From contig FLMG01001956.1 of NCBI GenBank assembly GCA_900088475.1, forward strand, positions 1-64,000: a DNA stretch of 64,000 nt, given 5' to 3'. Each line of letters begins with the position of its first letter. Position 1 is the stretch's first letter. The notes under the pieces were generated by a model, which had not been told where the DNA came from, did no database searches, and saw only the letters and a program-made list of their open reading frames with translations. The stretch comes from Hyphochytrium catenoides. Taxonomy: Eukaryota; Protista; Hyphochytriomycota. Below are positions 1 to 12,500 of this stretch, one piece after another. The position numbers and the translations under genes are program-made.

Positions 1-958
1 CAAAAATAGCTCAAAATAGCCCAATGTATGGTCGTTTGAAAGACCATGAAATGTCGTTGTTCATCAATGACCACATATTTGGAAGTCATTGAAAGCAATT
101 TCTGTGATCCACTGCTCCCGTGGCGGTGAGGGACTCTTATGAATCGTCTCCGTCCCGCATGGAACAGGCTATCGCAGGAAGCGGCTGAGGGCCATCAAGC
201 CTTCAAGAAGACCCTGTAGTAGCTCCTATTTCCTAGTAGACGGACCTCACCTTACCTTATCTGTGTCTTTGAATCTTCACATTGATGTCTTCAAATCTTC
301 AATAATCAGCATAGTTCTACAACTTCCACCCACAATAAGGCCTTCATACAAAACTTCAACTTCCGACATCTATGCAACTAGAAGAGTTTCTGGCGGGGCT
401 GGTCGTTACCGGCCATCTGTGCTAGGCATTCAGAAGATAACTATTCTTTGATTACTGGCCATAGTGTGGTTCCTGTCAAAGGTGCCTCTGCTCTCTTCTT
501 CCAAACTCCATCAAAACAAAGCGCCAGAGCGCCAGACCATCTTCCCTTCGACAGCTCAACCTCTCCAGCACATACCTTCTCTTTTGGAGCTGCCTGCTGT
601 CGCCCTGTGAAAAGGGAAGGCGGATTGCACTTGGGAGCTCCGCGTGGTCAGTAGAAGCAGCTTGCCACGAGTCCACCTAAAAGCCCATAACTCCAGGTCT
701 GGACACCTTGCCATTCCCTTGTCCTGGGCAGAGGTGATTAGACTGCCGTAACCCTATCACTGGTTATTTCAACCAACTAACCTTGTCGATCGTGGCAAGT
801 GAAAATTAGTGTTGAGTGGACACAGATCAAACGTTTCAATCCTTGGACGCTCCCCGGAGCTTATTGTACAACCATCTTGGTGTTCTCTGCAGCTGTCGCA
901 ATTCTAATGCGAAGTTAGTTCTTCTTATTTGCCATCGGGCGTAACATATAACCCAAGG

Positions 959-2303
959 ATGGATAGATGTGAGTCACCTTGGTGACGAGTATCACGCCCG
1001 GTATTGAGCAGCAATAACTTACCTTATGTTGTAGCTGTTCGAAAAAGGAAGCGCGCTGAAAACCCCGCAGAGGACTCCAGGTCTTCTCCAACTCCAGGGG
1101 ACATGAAGGATGGGGAGTTCGAAAAGGAACGGAAGGAAGAGAAGGCTGTAACGAGTCCTACAAAGAACCCCAGTGAGAACACAAAGTATGACAAAGAAAT
1201 AGCAGATTTACAGAGACTCGCCAACGATGTACAAGAAGGTATGGCTCCATTCGACCGTCAAGACAGTTCACCTGACATTCTAGTGACCGCTAGGCTCACA
1301 TGCGGAAGTCCTCAAAGATCTGGAAACTCATGAGAAGATCAAAGAGAAGATGCTTACAGCTGCTCAAGCGTGGAAGGAACTCCAAACTGAAAATGTGAAG
1401 GCTCTTTACCAGTTCGAGCTCCAGGCAGCCGATCACATTTACCGCGTATGTTAGCTACTTGGAAGCGCTTATCAACACAGCCTGACACTTATATTTAGGC
1501 TACCAAAGACTTCCTGAAGACCGATATGACAAACAAAGCTTTGTCTCGCATAGAAGAGCTTCAAGCCCAGCTGCAATGCCCAAAGGGTACGTTCGAACTG
1601 ATGTAGGCTTGTTTTGCATAATTGGATTTCTTACCTCATTGGACATAACCTGTTGAAGTCGACACAGTCATCAAGAACATCCAAGAATGTTCTCGGAAGA
1701 AGGACGGCGAGGTGGACCGCAGTCTGGAGAAGCAGTTGAAGACTATGTACAATGAAATTATGAGGCGTCGACAGGAGGTGTTGCAGCCGCGGCTAGTGAA
1801 AAATGTTCTGAACTTGGACGAGGTCACCAAGGACCTACTAGAAATACATCGAAGTTGGGTTAAGGCGACAAATAGTTTGGAAGGTACGGGCTCCCTCCCG
1901 ATGAAAAAGAATTTTGCAGCAAGAAGCTATAGGGCCAAGGTTTGCTGATGAGCTCACGTTTCCCCGTGTAGGGATAGCACGACAGAAAATTTATATATCC
2001 AAATCTACCCTATACGTTGATAAGGTGCAGTACGTTCCGGGTGATGAAGTTCTGGTCTCCTCGAAGCTCTCCGGGGAAGATTTTCTCGGAGAAATAACGT
2101 CTATAAAAGATACTGAGGTATGACCAGCATTTTCTTCAGCGTACCTCACCTTGGCTGACTACCGATCCGTCAATTTTCCAACACAGCTCAGTCTTACTCT
2201 CTTGGATGGAAGCCGGAGTAGAGTTACTCTACAGTATCTTCAGACCGGTCGGTGTACCATCTCACATTACTCTGACAGCACGAGCTCCTCCGATAGCGAA
2301 TAA
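959..2303 (+). CDS. Sds3/BRMS1-like Sin3-HDAC complex subunit (multi-exon)
   Basis: ATG 959 (MDRS|VRKRKRAE). Spliced reading gives a coiled coil (YDKEIADLQRLANDVQEG|SHAEVLKDLETHEKIKEKMLTAAQAWKELQTENVKALYQFELQAA), a 'DEVTKDLLEI' segment and a C-terminal IYISKSTLYVDKVQYVPGDEVLV...GEITSIKDTE|LSLTLLDGSRSRVTLQYLQTGRCTIS resembling the Sds3 capped-Tudor domain. Phase-compatible GT-AG introns; TAA 2301-2303. Confidence 0.75.
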
Positions 2304-3659
2304 GTCCTTTGCGTTGCTCTTCACTGTACATTGTGGGACATAAGAATCCAGATCAATCCCAGCGAGTATTGTCCATGTCATATCTTGCCACGAGGTTGCA
2401 CTGCTGACGTTTTAGCTCTACCGAGTTGTGGGTTATTCGCAGGCTTGCCTCCGTATCCCAAACGCTCTCCATCGCCATCTGGCCTGTTCTACATCCAGCA
2501 CTGATACCCAACGGCGTGCAGGGGTGGCAGGACCCCACAGTGGCATCAGCAGTTGACTTCGAATTACGATGACCGCCGCCACGTAAAACACCAGACACTG
2601 GGCAATGTCCACAACATCGCGGCAGGCGTTAATACTTGAAAAGCGCTTTTATTCTTTGCTGCCATTTTCATGATGTCCTCTCTCTAGCCGAAGAACCCCA
2701 AGTAGAGGTCCTAGCCTTGACATCATTATCTTACCGTGCAAGAGCAAAATCCAAACTCGATACTAAGGGGATCTCGCGGCTGTCCAGCTTCCATAGTTTC
2801 CGTAGCTGATGTTTCTTACGCTAATCAAGGAATCTGAAGAGGTCGGGCCAGTGATGTCACGCCGTGTGACTTGTTTCCATACCTCAACGACTTGGAGTGC
2901 TGTGACGCTCCTGGCTTCGCTGGCGCTGATATCGTGCCGCCTCTTTTTCAATAAGTTTCTCTTTCCTAAGGCGTTCGTTCCTCTTGGCCCTCTCGCTTGC
3001 TCGTCCAATCTTATGTTTATGGGAGAAGAAGTGCAGCTCCACTCTCATTTATGCTCATACAGAGCTTCTGCCTTCTTTCCCAGCATCGTCGTCGCGTTCT
3101 TCGTTAGCGTACTCGTCACAGACCAAATAACCGACTATTAGCGGGAGGCTCTGAAGCCTTCCATACTCTCTTCGAGGTATATCTCCTTGTCTTCTAGCGA
3201 GACTCCGACTAGACAGCCCAACTCTTTGGGTGCTGAGATTGCAGGTGATGCTGGTCCTGGCTCTTTCAAAGAACTCTTAGAAAAGTGAACATAGAGCTGA
3301 ACTACGTTATTGTGTTACTTTGCAGGAGAAGGCTTCGTACTGTCTGCGGAGAACTAGAGGAGAAGAGGATCGGCGCTAGCAGTCACGCTCTTCTCTTCTC
3401 CTCGCCTAAGAGATTGCAAAAGGGGCATCCCACTATCAGGACCGCGGCATAGCTTCAACTCTGGGTGATCTTCATCCGGACCCAGCAGCTCTTCCGGAGA
3501 ATCCTGTATAAAGGAGGGAGGGCTGGTCGCTTTTTCTACCTCCTGTTGGCGGGTGGAGGTGGAAGGGGAGGAAGAATCATCCACTTGGAGCACCACGGCA
3601 GCTGCGACTAGATAAGGTTGACAACAGGCAAACGAGGAGGCAGACCGGTAGCGAAAGCA

Positions 3660-4075
3660 GGCGGCGGCAGCAGCAGCAGGAGGAGCAGCAAGAGGAGCAG
3701 CAGCAGGAGCAGCAGAAGCAGAAGCAGCACGGAGCAGCAGGAGCAGCAGCGACAAATGCAGGAGGAGGAGCAGCAGCGGCAGCAGGAGGAGCAGCGGCGG
3801 CAGCAGCAGCAGCAGGAGGAGCAGCAGCAGTAGCAGGAGCAGCAGAAGCAGCAGGAGCAGCAGCAGCAGCAGCGACAAATGCAAGAGGAGGAGCAGGAGC
3901 AGCAGAAGCAGCAGGAGCAGCAGCAGCAGCAGCGACAAATGCAGGAGGAGGAGCAGCAGCGACAGCAGCAGCAGGAGCAGCAGGAGCAGCAGCGGCAGCA
4001 GCAGCAGGAGCAGCAGGAGCAGCAGGAGCAGCAGCGGCAGGAAGAGGAGCGGCCCCAGGAGCAGAAGCAAGTACA
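3660..4075. repeat. CAG/GAG compound triplet tract with a 60-bp higher-order unit
   Basis: 3841-3900 and 3901-3960 are nearly identical; the marker CGACAAATGCA recurs three times (~3750, ~3873, ~3933). Confidence 0.95.
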
Positions 4076-5809
4076 CTAAGTAGTACCTATAGTACTTGGA
4101 GGACAATACCTACTTACAATCCGTTCGTAAGTTCTGCTGGCCAGCCCCAGCAGGCACATAGCTGTTGACAATTCAAAATTTCATACTACTACGCCCCATA
4201 GCCTCGTCTTCATAAAGAGGCACCTCAACGTACTATTTTCGCTTGTTGTGCCAAGTTTGACAAATGAAGCCAACTTCTACATCTACGCCCACCCACCCCC
4301 TACCTAGACTACATTGGGCATTATCTATGAGGATGAATGGTAATTCTCGAGACCATTCTAGCGGAAATCACCCCGACTGTGCGTTCATACCGAAGAAAAG
4401 CCCCAGCTTTGGGGTGTTCTTAGGCAGCTTCTAGACGATTTGAGGCCCCATCGACTCCGGGCCAAAGCTACCCCGTGCCGTTCCATCACACAGCAGCTGC
4501 ATCATGAAATGCAACTCAAGTCTTCCACCCATCCTTCAGAAGGCGTTTGTGAAGGTATGTATTCTGATGATTGGGCTCCAATCCTGTATCAAAGTTCGTG
4601 GGAAGTACCAACGAAAGCCCACTTTCCCACGGTTCCTGCCCAGAATAGTTCAACCCAAGAACCGCAGGAATGTAAACTATGGCTTTCTAGAGCCCTTCCC
4701 CAGACTCCCTTTTGTGCCCACCGCTCATCCCACCCGCGTTCTCAGCTTCCAAAGTCCCTAGGATCTAAGGATACAAAGTCCCTGCCCATCCGCCCCAAAT
4801 CGAGCTCAGCTTCATTTTGTACTCTTGACCGCCGCCGCTCACTTCCTCCCTCTCTCCTCTCCCTCCCTTCTCTTCCTTGTCTTCCTTTCGCCGCCAATTC
4901 ATCTCTGTCTTTGCCTGTCTTCTGTCTCTGTCTCTCCCACACTAGTGGAGCGACTTTCCCCTCTCTCCGCGCCTTACTTGGCAGCTCTTTGAAGCAGCTC
5001 GCTTACCGGGGCTCGTCCACAGCTCGACCACCACAGAACGAGAGAAAATTGAAATACTCAGAGAGCTCCATCATCGGCTTTGAGGGCCCCTATTGAAGAT
5101 AAGAAGACCAAAGCATTTGGAGAAAGTTTGGCTTGAGTAGGGAGGAGAAGGGCCTCGTTGTTTGGGAAGAAGTTGTGGGCGTGTGTCACTTCAAATAGCG
5201 TTGGCGCAGTCGAGTTGTGCCCCTGTTTCCCTTAGAACCTACCGGGTAATCAGGTTGCTTGTTGGTAGGCCCACTGTAGCATCACTTGGTGGTTCTGAGG
5301 TGCTAAGCGTTGGCAGTCGTCCTACAAGGTAACCTATAGTGGGTATGGTGGAGTATCCTTGACGTGTGCTCTAATCATTGCATTTCTTTCCTTTCTCTAC
5401 CGATTCCAGGGAGGTCACACGACACGTATAGGTTCTTTTGGTCCTTTGTGTCACTGTGTCACTTGGTAGTCCTTGGGCGGGTTCCGGATCAACATACGGG
5501 CTATATAAACTTGCATCTTGGGAATGGTTTCCGGCGAGCTCTGCTATGGCATTCACTGATTCTTGTCAGGAAAGGGCTCACGTGAATCACTCTTGCTCGC
5601 CTTGGCAGGTGTGGCCTTTCGCAGGGAAAGAGAAGCCAGTAGTTATTGGCATGACTTGTAGCCTGCTTTCTTCCTTCTAGCCTCACAAGCTGCTTCAGCG
5701 CTTAGCTAGCAGTGAGGCAGGCGAGAGCGTAAATTACCTTGTAGCCAAATAGGGCAAGGCCATCCATCGCCCCAATAGTTACGAAGCAGTAAAATAGGTT
5801 GTGAGAACA

Positions 5810-8566
5810 ATGGACGACTGGAAGGATATGGACCTTCTGGGCAATGACTTCAACCTGGACGGGTTAGGTAATGACCCTGTTCTGAACAGTTTGAACTTTA
5901 GCTTCAACGCGCCAGCAGGAGGTCAGGCACCATTGCCAGTCGGGACGCCGACATCCCTAGAGCGATCAATTGGCGTCATAGGGCTCCCAGAAATGGATGA
6001 GAACGAGAAGGACTTGATAGCACCAGAGAACAAGCCTGGCCAGCAGCCTGATCTACATCAGCTAAGTAACCCGATCGCACAGAACGACCCACAACGCCAA
6101 CAAGAGAACAATAGCTCGGGACAGTCATCCACGCAGGACAGTGACAACCAGCAACAGCAGCGAAACTCTCAGGAGCGCAAACAGAATGAACAATCTGTAG
6201 GAAGTGGTGTGTTCACGGGCCAGGGAGGCTCCCAGCAACAAAGCCCTGCTCAGGAAAGCCAAGACAAGAAAGGCGACGTGAGTCAGGAGATTGAGGCTTT
6301 AGGGAATGCCAGTAACTCCAATGCAGCTTCCTTTGGGCTTAGCTCTTCTGTGGATATTTTTGCAAGTGGCGGATCCAATCCCCAGAGCAGCTCGAGCACG
6401 ACAAACTCATCATTTTCCTCGTCCGCACGGCCGCATCTTCAGCAGCAGTCATCTTCAACTTCAGCCCCAATGACCTCTTCTGGTGGTATAGATGACCCCA
6501 ACTCCCTTGGTGGTTTATACAACAACATTTTCGGGGTATCACCATCGCCGACCAACTTTTTGCAGAGTCCAATGGGGGTTATGCCTGGAAATCCAGGTCT
6601 TTCCTTCTCTCCAACGGCGGCTACAGCGCCAGGGACAGGAGCTTCTGGAACCAACGACATATTCGGCAACCAGGTCAATCAATCTCCAATTCCTCCGCCC
6701 CCTGACATCTTTGGAGGCAATGCATCGTCACTAGGTCTGCAGCCTAACATGATGCTGGCCGGACTGCCGCAACAGCTTGTTAATATGCCACAGTTCGGCC
6801 TCACTAATCCACAGGTACCCTTTACTCAGTGCCCTGACCTACGTGGCATCTGCTAAATCTGCCGCCACCGTATTCTTTTGTGACTCTATTCCCTCCTCTC
6901 TTTGCCTCTTCACGGTATTGCTGCTCGCTCGTACAGTTCCCGTTTTGTCGTCGCCTGATTACCTTCCTCCTGTTTGCTGCAGCAGGCAGCCCTTCTTTAC
7001 AACCAAGTTGCTGCGGGAATGAGAGCTCCTGTAAGTAGTGCTGGCCAGTTCTCGGCCCAAGCAGGTGGCGTCGCGGTGCCCAGTAACATGACGGCTGCGC
7101 AATACCAAGCTTTTATTCAGCAACAGCGTGCCAGACAGGCTGCCCAAGTCCAAGCTAGACAAGGCCTCGCCAATCAACAGGCCATGGCAAAGCAGCTTCT
7201 TGCACAAGCCGCAGCCGCAGGGATAGGGCAGAACCCAGCTCTATTACGGGCCCACGCAGCGATGCAGTCTAAGGCAATGCAAGGCGGTCTAGGAATCAAC
7301 CCGCAGGGTGTCGCTCATGGGCTCACGCCTTCAGTCACTTGGCAAAGCGAGAATGACATAGTTTATAGAAGACAGATGATTGCAAAAATCGTCGCATTAC
7401 TTCAGAAGAGGAAGCCGGATGCTCCCCCCGACTGGGTTAAAAAACTACCTGACATAGCTAAACGTCTGGAAGACTCCTTGTATCGTACAGCGTCGTCTCT
7501 TGAAGAATATGTGGACTCTTCTACCTTGAAAAAGAGGCTTCAGGACCTTGCTATCAGAATGGGAGCTAGGGCGGCAGCTGCGAAACCGATGCCAGGAGCC
7601 GGCGGTGTGGGTCTTGGACCAAATCCTCTTGGGGTAGGGAACCCTGTCTCGGCAGCAGACTTAGCTTCACATCAGCAGTTGGCAGCAGCCGCAGGACTTT
7701 CACCTTCAATGAATCTTTTAGCTCAACAGCGATCTATGGGTCTCCCGGTTAGTGCAGGACAGCTTCAGGCTGCTGCGGCAGCGGGTCTGGGTGGTCCAAA
7801 CCCGCTGGCGGGCCTAACTCCTTTGCAGCAACAGCAACTGCAGCTCTACGCACAGCAAGGCTTGCTTCTTAACCAGGCTGGGGTACCACTTAATATGCAA
7901 CAGTTTCAACAGCAACAGGTCGCGCTTCATGCTAGAGCGCAAGCTCGAGCAGCTCAGGCTAGGGCACAACAGGTCCAGGCTCAGCAGCAGCAGGCGCAGG
8001 TGGCTGCTGCCCAAGCACAAGCAGCTCAAGCTCAGGCGCAAGCCCAGGCACAAGCGGTAGCGAGAGCTCAAGCTGCTGCCCGAGCTGGCCAGCAAGCTGG
8101 AATGGCTCCTGTTGGTTCGAACAGGTTACCAGCAGGGCAACAGCAACCATTAACAAGCCAACAGCAGGGACTGGGGACCAACTCCAATTCCATATCGACG
8201 TCACAGAATGGCATGGCTGCCACCAAAAGTACTCCGCCCACATCGACCACGACTTCCACCTCTCAGGCTGGCAAAGTAGCCTCGAAGGGGCAGAGAGGTG
8301 CCTCTCCGAACACAGGGGTTTCTAGTGCTGGCAAGACACCCCGACCTGGAAGTTCAGCGTCAAAGCCTACACCAAACTCCATCATGCTGGCAAACGCAGC
8401 CAAACGTACTGCCAGCAAGGCCAAAAGCCCTCGGAATGCTGCTAAGTCAGCTCCTTCAATACCTTCAACCAATGCCGGGGCTAGACCAGGAAAGAAAGCG
8501 AGGACAGATGGAGGAGGCTCGGTTGTTGGACAGAAGTCCTCGGCAGCTTCTGCTGCTGCGCAGTAG
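5810..8566 (+). CDS. KIX-domain (Med15/CBP-type KIX_2) Q/A-rich putative transcriptional coactivator
   Basis: Exon 5810-6814, intron from GT at 6815, exon 6983 (or 6986, NAGNAG) to 8566. Contains WQSENDIVYRRQMIAKIVALLQKRKPDAPPDWVKKLPDIAKRLEDSLYRTASSLEEYVDSSTLKKRLQDLA flanked by Q/A/G low-complexity sequence, and PGKKART as a possible NLS. Confidence 0.8.
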
Positions 8567-9590
8567 GTGGGAGGAGTAAGTCCAGAAGAGGATATATCTC
8601 GGTTATAATCCCCGCCTCCCTTCTTACCATCACCGTTAGAATTTTGTCTGGTAGTCGAATATCTATTCTTATGTACTGTCTGGATTGGATACAAGCTAGG
8701 GCGCCTGACAACCCTTCCAAGCACATCCTCTTCTCTCAGCTGTGTCGCGTCCCATCTTTTAGAGTAAAACCCGCCAGCTCTTGGAATCTAGTACGTGGAA
8801 GCCGTACCGGAGGATCCACTGCTCGTGCTGGAGCCGTGTGGGTAGACCAATAGAAGTGAAGGAGATGGGGCGGATAGATTGGCGAGCAGAGAATGGGCTT
8901 AATAGAGGGAGGAGATGGAGAGCAAACGAGGAGAAGAGGGCGTCGAGCCTTGACAATCAGGTTAGACTCACCCTCACCCTGTTTATAACGCAAAGCTCTG
9001 TTCTATTAGCAGGGTTAGGTCCCAAATAGCAAATTGTTAAGTGCAGTAAATGAAGCTTCACATCTGGACCTTTATCCAGAGGCGTCCTCCTAGGGATCGA
9101 CCTCACTAATGTTACTCATCTGGCCTTCCCCTACATTCCGCACGACGGCTGACTACGCAGTCCGCTCTGGCGTGTGCCAGCTAAACTGTGTCTCTTCTTG
9201 CTCATCGGGTATTTAAACCTTCTCCCTGACTTGCCACGTTAGAGTTGTTATTCATTAAGGAAGGTCATCCGAAAGCTTGTGCCCCAGCCACCATCTAGTG
9301 TTTAAACAGACCGATAGACGGACTAAGCTTGAAAATCTACCTATTGCTACCTCATCATGCGGTTAGGGAGACCGCCAAGGAGTAAGCGGGGTACTGGCCT
9401 CAAGCGGTGTCCGGCAGCGGTTGATTTCTACTGTTTCTCTGCATGTCCCGTCGCAGGCTGAGGAAGACAGAAGACCGACGAGGGCCCTAATTTGCGTTAC
9501 TGTTACTCTCAGCGCAGCCTCCTTCAATGTCATCTATTGCTCAATCTCGTCCGAGCTTGAGGATTCTGGGAACAGGTTGGCGATCGTACA

Positions 9591-12500
9591 TCAATACTCC
9601 TTGTCATCGTTGTTCGCTCTTTCTAACGAGCTTATTCTTCTATAGTTGACCCAGAGCTCCGGATTTAGCGGGTCTAATCTTCTCGCTGCCTCAAAGTCTT
9701 CGGCAGCCTTTTCCGCCTCTTTCAGCGCGGTAAAAGCCAGGGCCCTCCTGAAGTGGGCTAATGCATTGTAAGGATTGAGCCGGAGGACTTGAGTCAGATC
9801 AGACGTAGCCTGTGGACGAAGTTAGAGAGGCTGTCAGCTCTATGGGTTCAAATCAAGTGCTGAACATGCTACTGCAGCTACTCGTAAGGCGGGCGTCTTA
9901 TTTTTTCCTAGACCGCAAGGCTTCCTCGTCCTTCTTGGCACCGTATCCCTCCTACCCACACAATCAAAATTACCTCTCGCTCTTGTCAGCCAATCTCCCT
10001 TTATTGCTAGCACCTCTATGACCCTTGAACTATAATTTTCATTCTATACGTTCAGCCCGTTACCCCTCGTGCAGTGACTGCCTTGGTACATGGTCAGGTC
10101 CCTGACCCTCATCACAGCAAGTCGGAGGCCCAAGGAAACCCTCATAACCAAGCAACGTTCGACTTTAGGTCAAGAAGGAGGTCTTACCGCTTCCATCATT
10201 CCTGCCTGTTGATAGCTCTTTGCCCTTTCCATCAAGTACGTGACCTCTCTAGTCGAATTGACTAAAGGAGCGGGGAGCTGAACCACGCTGCATTTCCTCT
10301 TTTCGTCTTTATCTCTTTTGTTGAGCTCTCTGACTGCCTCTCTCTCCCGCTCCTCCTGCTTATGGCGAGCAGCCTCGAACACGTTGAGAGCCCTACTTAG
10401 TGCAGTAATGGCTGCATTGTAATGCCCACACGCAGAATAGGCCAGCCCCAACTGGTAGTACCTAGGGGAATGAGGTTCATTAGAACCGTTCTTCGGTTGT
10501 AATAGGGATGAGGAAAAAACAAGACCAGCCTAAGTCTTACACGAGAGCAGGGGAGGTTGCAAGGAGAAAATTGTTTGAGTAACAGGCAATGGCAGTTAGA
10601 AGTCATTGGCATGAAGACATAAAGGTGAAGAAGCGCCCTCTAAGGAACGGAGATCTGAGAAGTAAGCTTTTAAAGCGAGGACCGATGCCGACGTACAAGT
10701 CCTCCAAAATGTCTGTAGGTGGCGGTGTGTCTAGTGCTTGTTTGAGATACCGTAGACTCTCTTCAAACTTGCGCTCCCGAATGCGCACCACGCCACCATA
10801 GTAGAGGACCCTGAGACAACAAGCCGGGTACAAGGGGGTGGGAAAGGAAAATGAAGAACCTCTTGTGAGCAGGCGAAGTGAACATCCTTCATATCTCGCC
10901 ATCTATGTGCTTTTCCTTTTCATCGTACCTGGCATTCTTTGGATCAAGCTCCATAGCCTTGTCTAGATCCTTCTCCGCCTTTGTTAGCTCCTCTCGCTCT
11001 AGGTAGCTCACCCCTCGGTTGAAATAGAATATACAGTTCCAAGGCCAGAGTCTAAGAGCTGCCTAGAAGCTCGGGAGCCATCAGCACGGGTTATAAGTCA
11101 AGTGTGGGCTTTGGAACCTTCCCCCCAAGTCTCTTGGGCAAGGTGTCTGTGACGTGCTGGTCTCTCACCGTCATATCTGCTATAGCCTCTTCTACTCGTC
11201 CCAATTTGCGCAACGCCTTGGCCCTTAGGTCGAAGGCACTGGGAGGGTCACTTTCTAAGTTTAACGGAATCGCTAAGAGACTGATTGCTTCCAAATATCT
11301 AACCGATGACATCAACGACCCACGCAAGGTAATAAGGAAGAAGGGTGAGTACTATGACGGCCACTGGGTCATTCAGAGAGTTGCGGAATGTACCGAAGCT
11401 TACGCCAATAGCAGAGGACTAGGAAGGGAAGTAGCTAGATGTCGATAAGACGGGACATGGTGATTGGATACCAAAATAGAGGGGGAAGCGGTACAGGGAA
11501 GTAAGGTTTGCTTTTAATGTAGAGACACTAACGAACCTTTCAGTCTCCACACAGCAGACTGCTAGATAATAGAAGTGGTCGCCCTCCTGGCTCTCCAGCT
11601 CCGTAGCGTGCCTGAGGTCCTATAAGCATAGAGTGAAGAGAGTTAGGAGTGAGTGAGAGTGGTCCTGATCAGTCAGAATAGGTACTATAGGTACTGCTGC
11701 AAGACCGACGAGCACAGAGCATAAAACTTAGTCCAATCTCGATATCGAGTGGCCTCAGCTCCGACCTCTTCTGCTTGTTCGAAGAGTTTCAACGCCATAT
11801 AGGCCCTTCCTCGCCATTGGTATACTACTGCATCCTTCCCACCTGAAGCCTTCCGAGGTCAAACATGAAGAAGAGTTAACTTCATTCAGATAATTCAAGG
11901 TAAGGAACCAAACGTCGTGAAAGACAGGGATACGGAGAGCGATGAGGAGGGACAAAGGTTTTAAAGAAGCAGCCCAGGTTGTGAGAGGGACCGAAACCAC
12001 GGTACTATCGAGTCAGTGCCGTTCAATGAACGGTTCTCCCACCATGGAGGTCCGGTGGTCATCATCAGTGCACGTATATAGAAAGGCGAAATACGATGGA
12101 GAATAGCAGACGGCGCACCTGAATGACAAGGGAGAGATGGTGGATAGATAGCTCGAACAGTCCCTTTAGAAGGGCGAGTTTCCCTAGATGCTTTCGTGGT
12201 GCAATCTACAAACGTGCAAGGCAAGAGTAGGAAGCAGAAAAGTGGCCGATGCATATTGGGTTGAGACAGTAGCGACGCTTGAGTCCTTGTTTGAGCCGCC
12301 AAAGTAAGGAGCGGGTTTCCATAAATCACTAGGAGCACCGATGAGAGGAGCCTGACTAACATATGCTAATACCCGCTACTCCAGCATATGTTGGTGTACG
12401 GGTACCAAGAAAAGTCGTCAATCTCTCTCTCTCTCCTTGTCCCTCCAGTCTCACCATCTTCGAGTCGAGTGCAAGAGCTTTTTCCATCTCCTTCATAGCT

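Noticed and set aside
1-222. Possible hAT-transposase relic (VIESNF...LMNRLRPAW) with short AAAATAGC repeats at the window edge
   Set aside because: Resemblance is only a few residues, the frame is broken by stops, and no terminal repeat or catalytic motif is visible.
3354-4106. 250-aa poly-Leu ORF as a membrane protein
   Set aside because: It is the CTG-frame translation of the triplet repeat.
1-5000. Apparent excess of CTAG suggesting a methylation-deamination signature
   Set aside because: A rough count of about 20 in 5 kb is what random expectation gives.
4200-5096. 218-aa ORF 4440-5096 and upstream frame
   Set aside because: No recognisable domain, upstream stops, and a CT-rich 3' half that looks like promoter/UTR sequence of the KIX gene.
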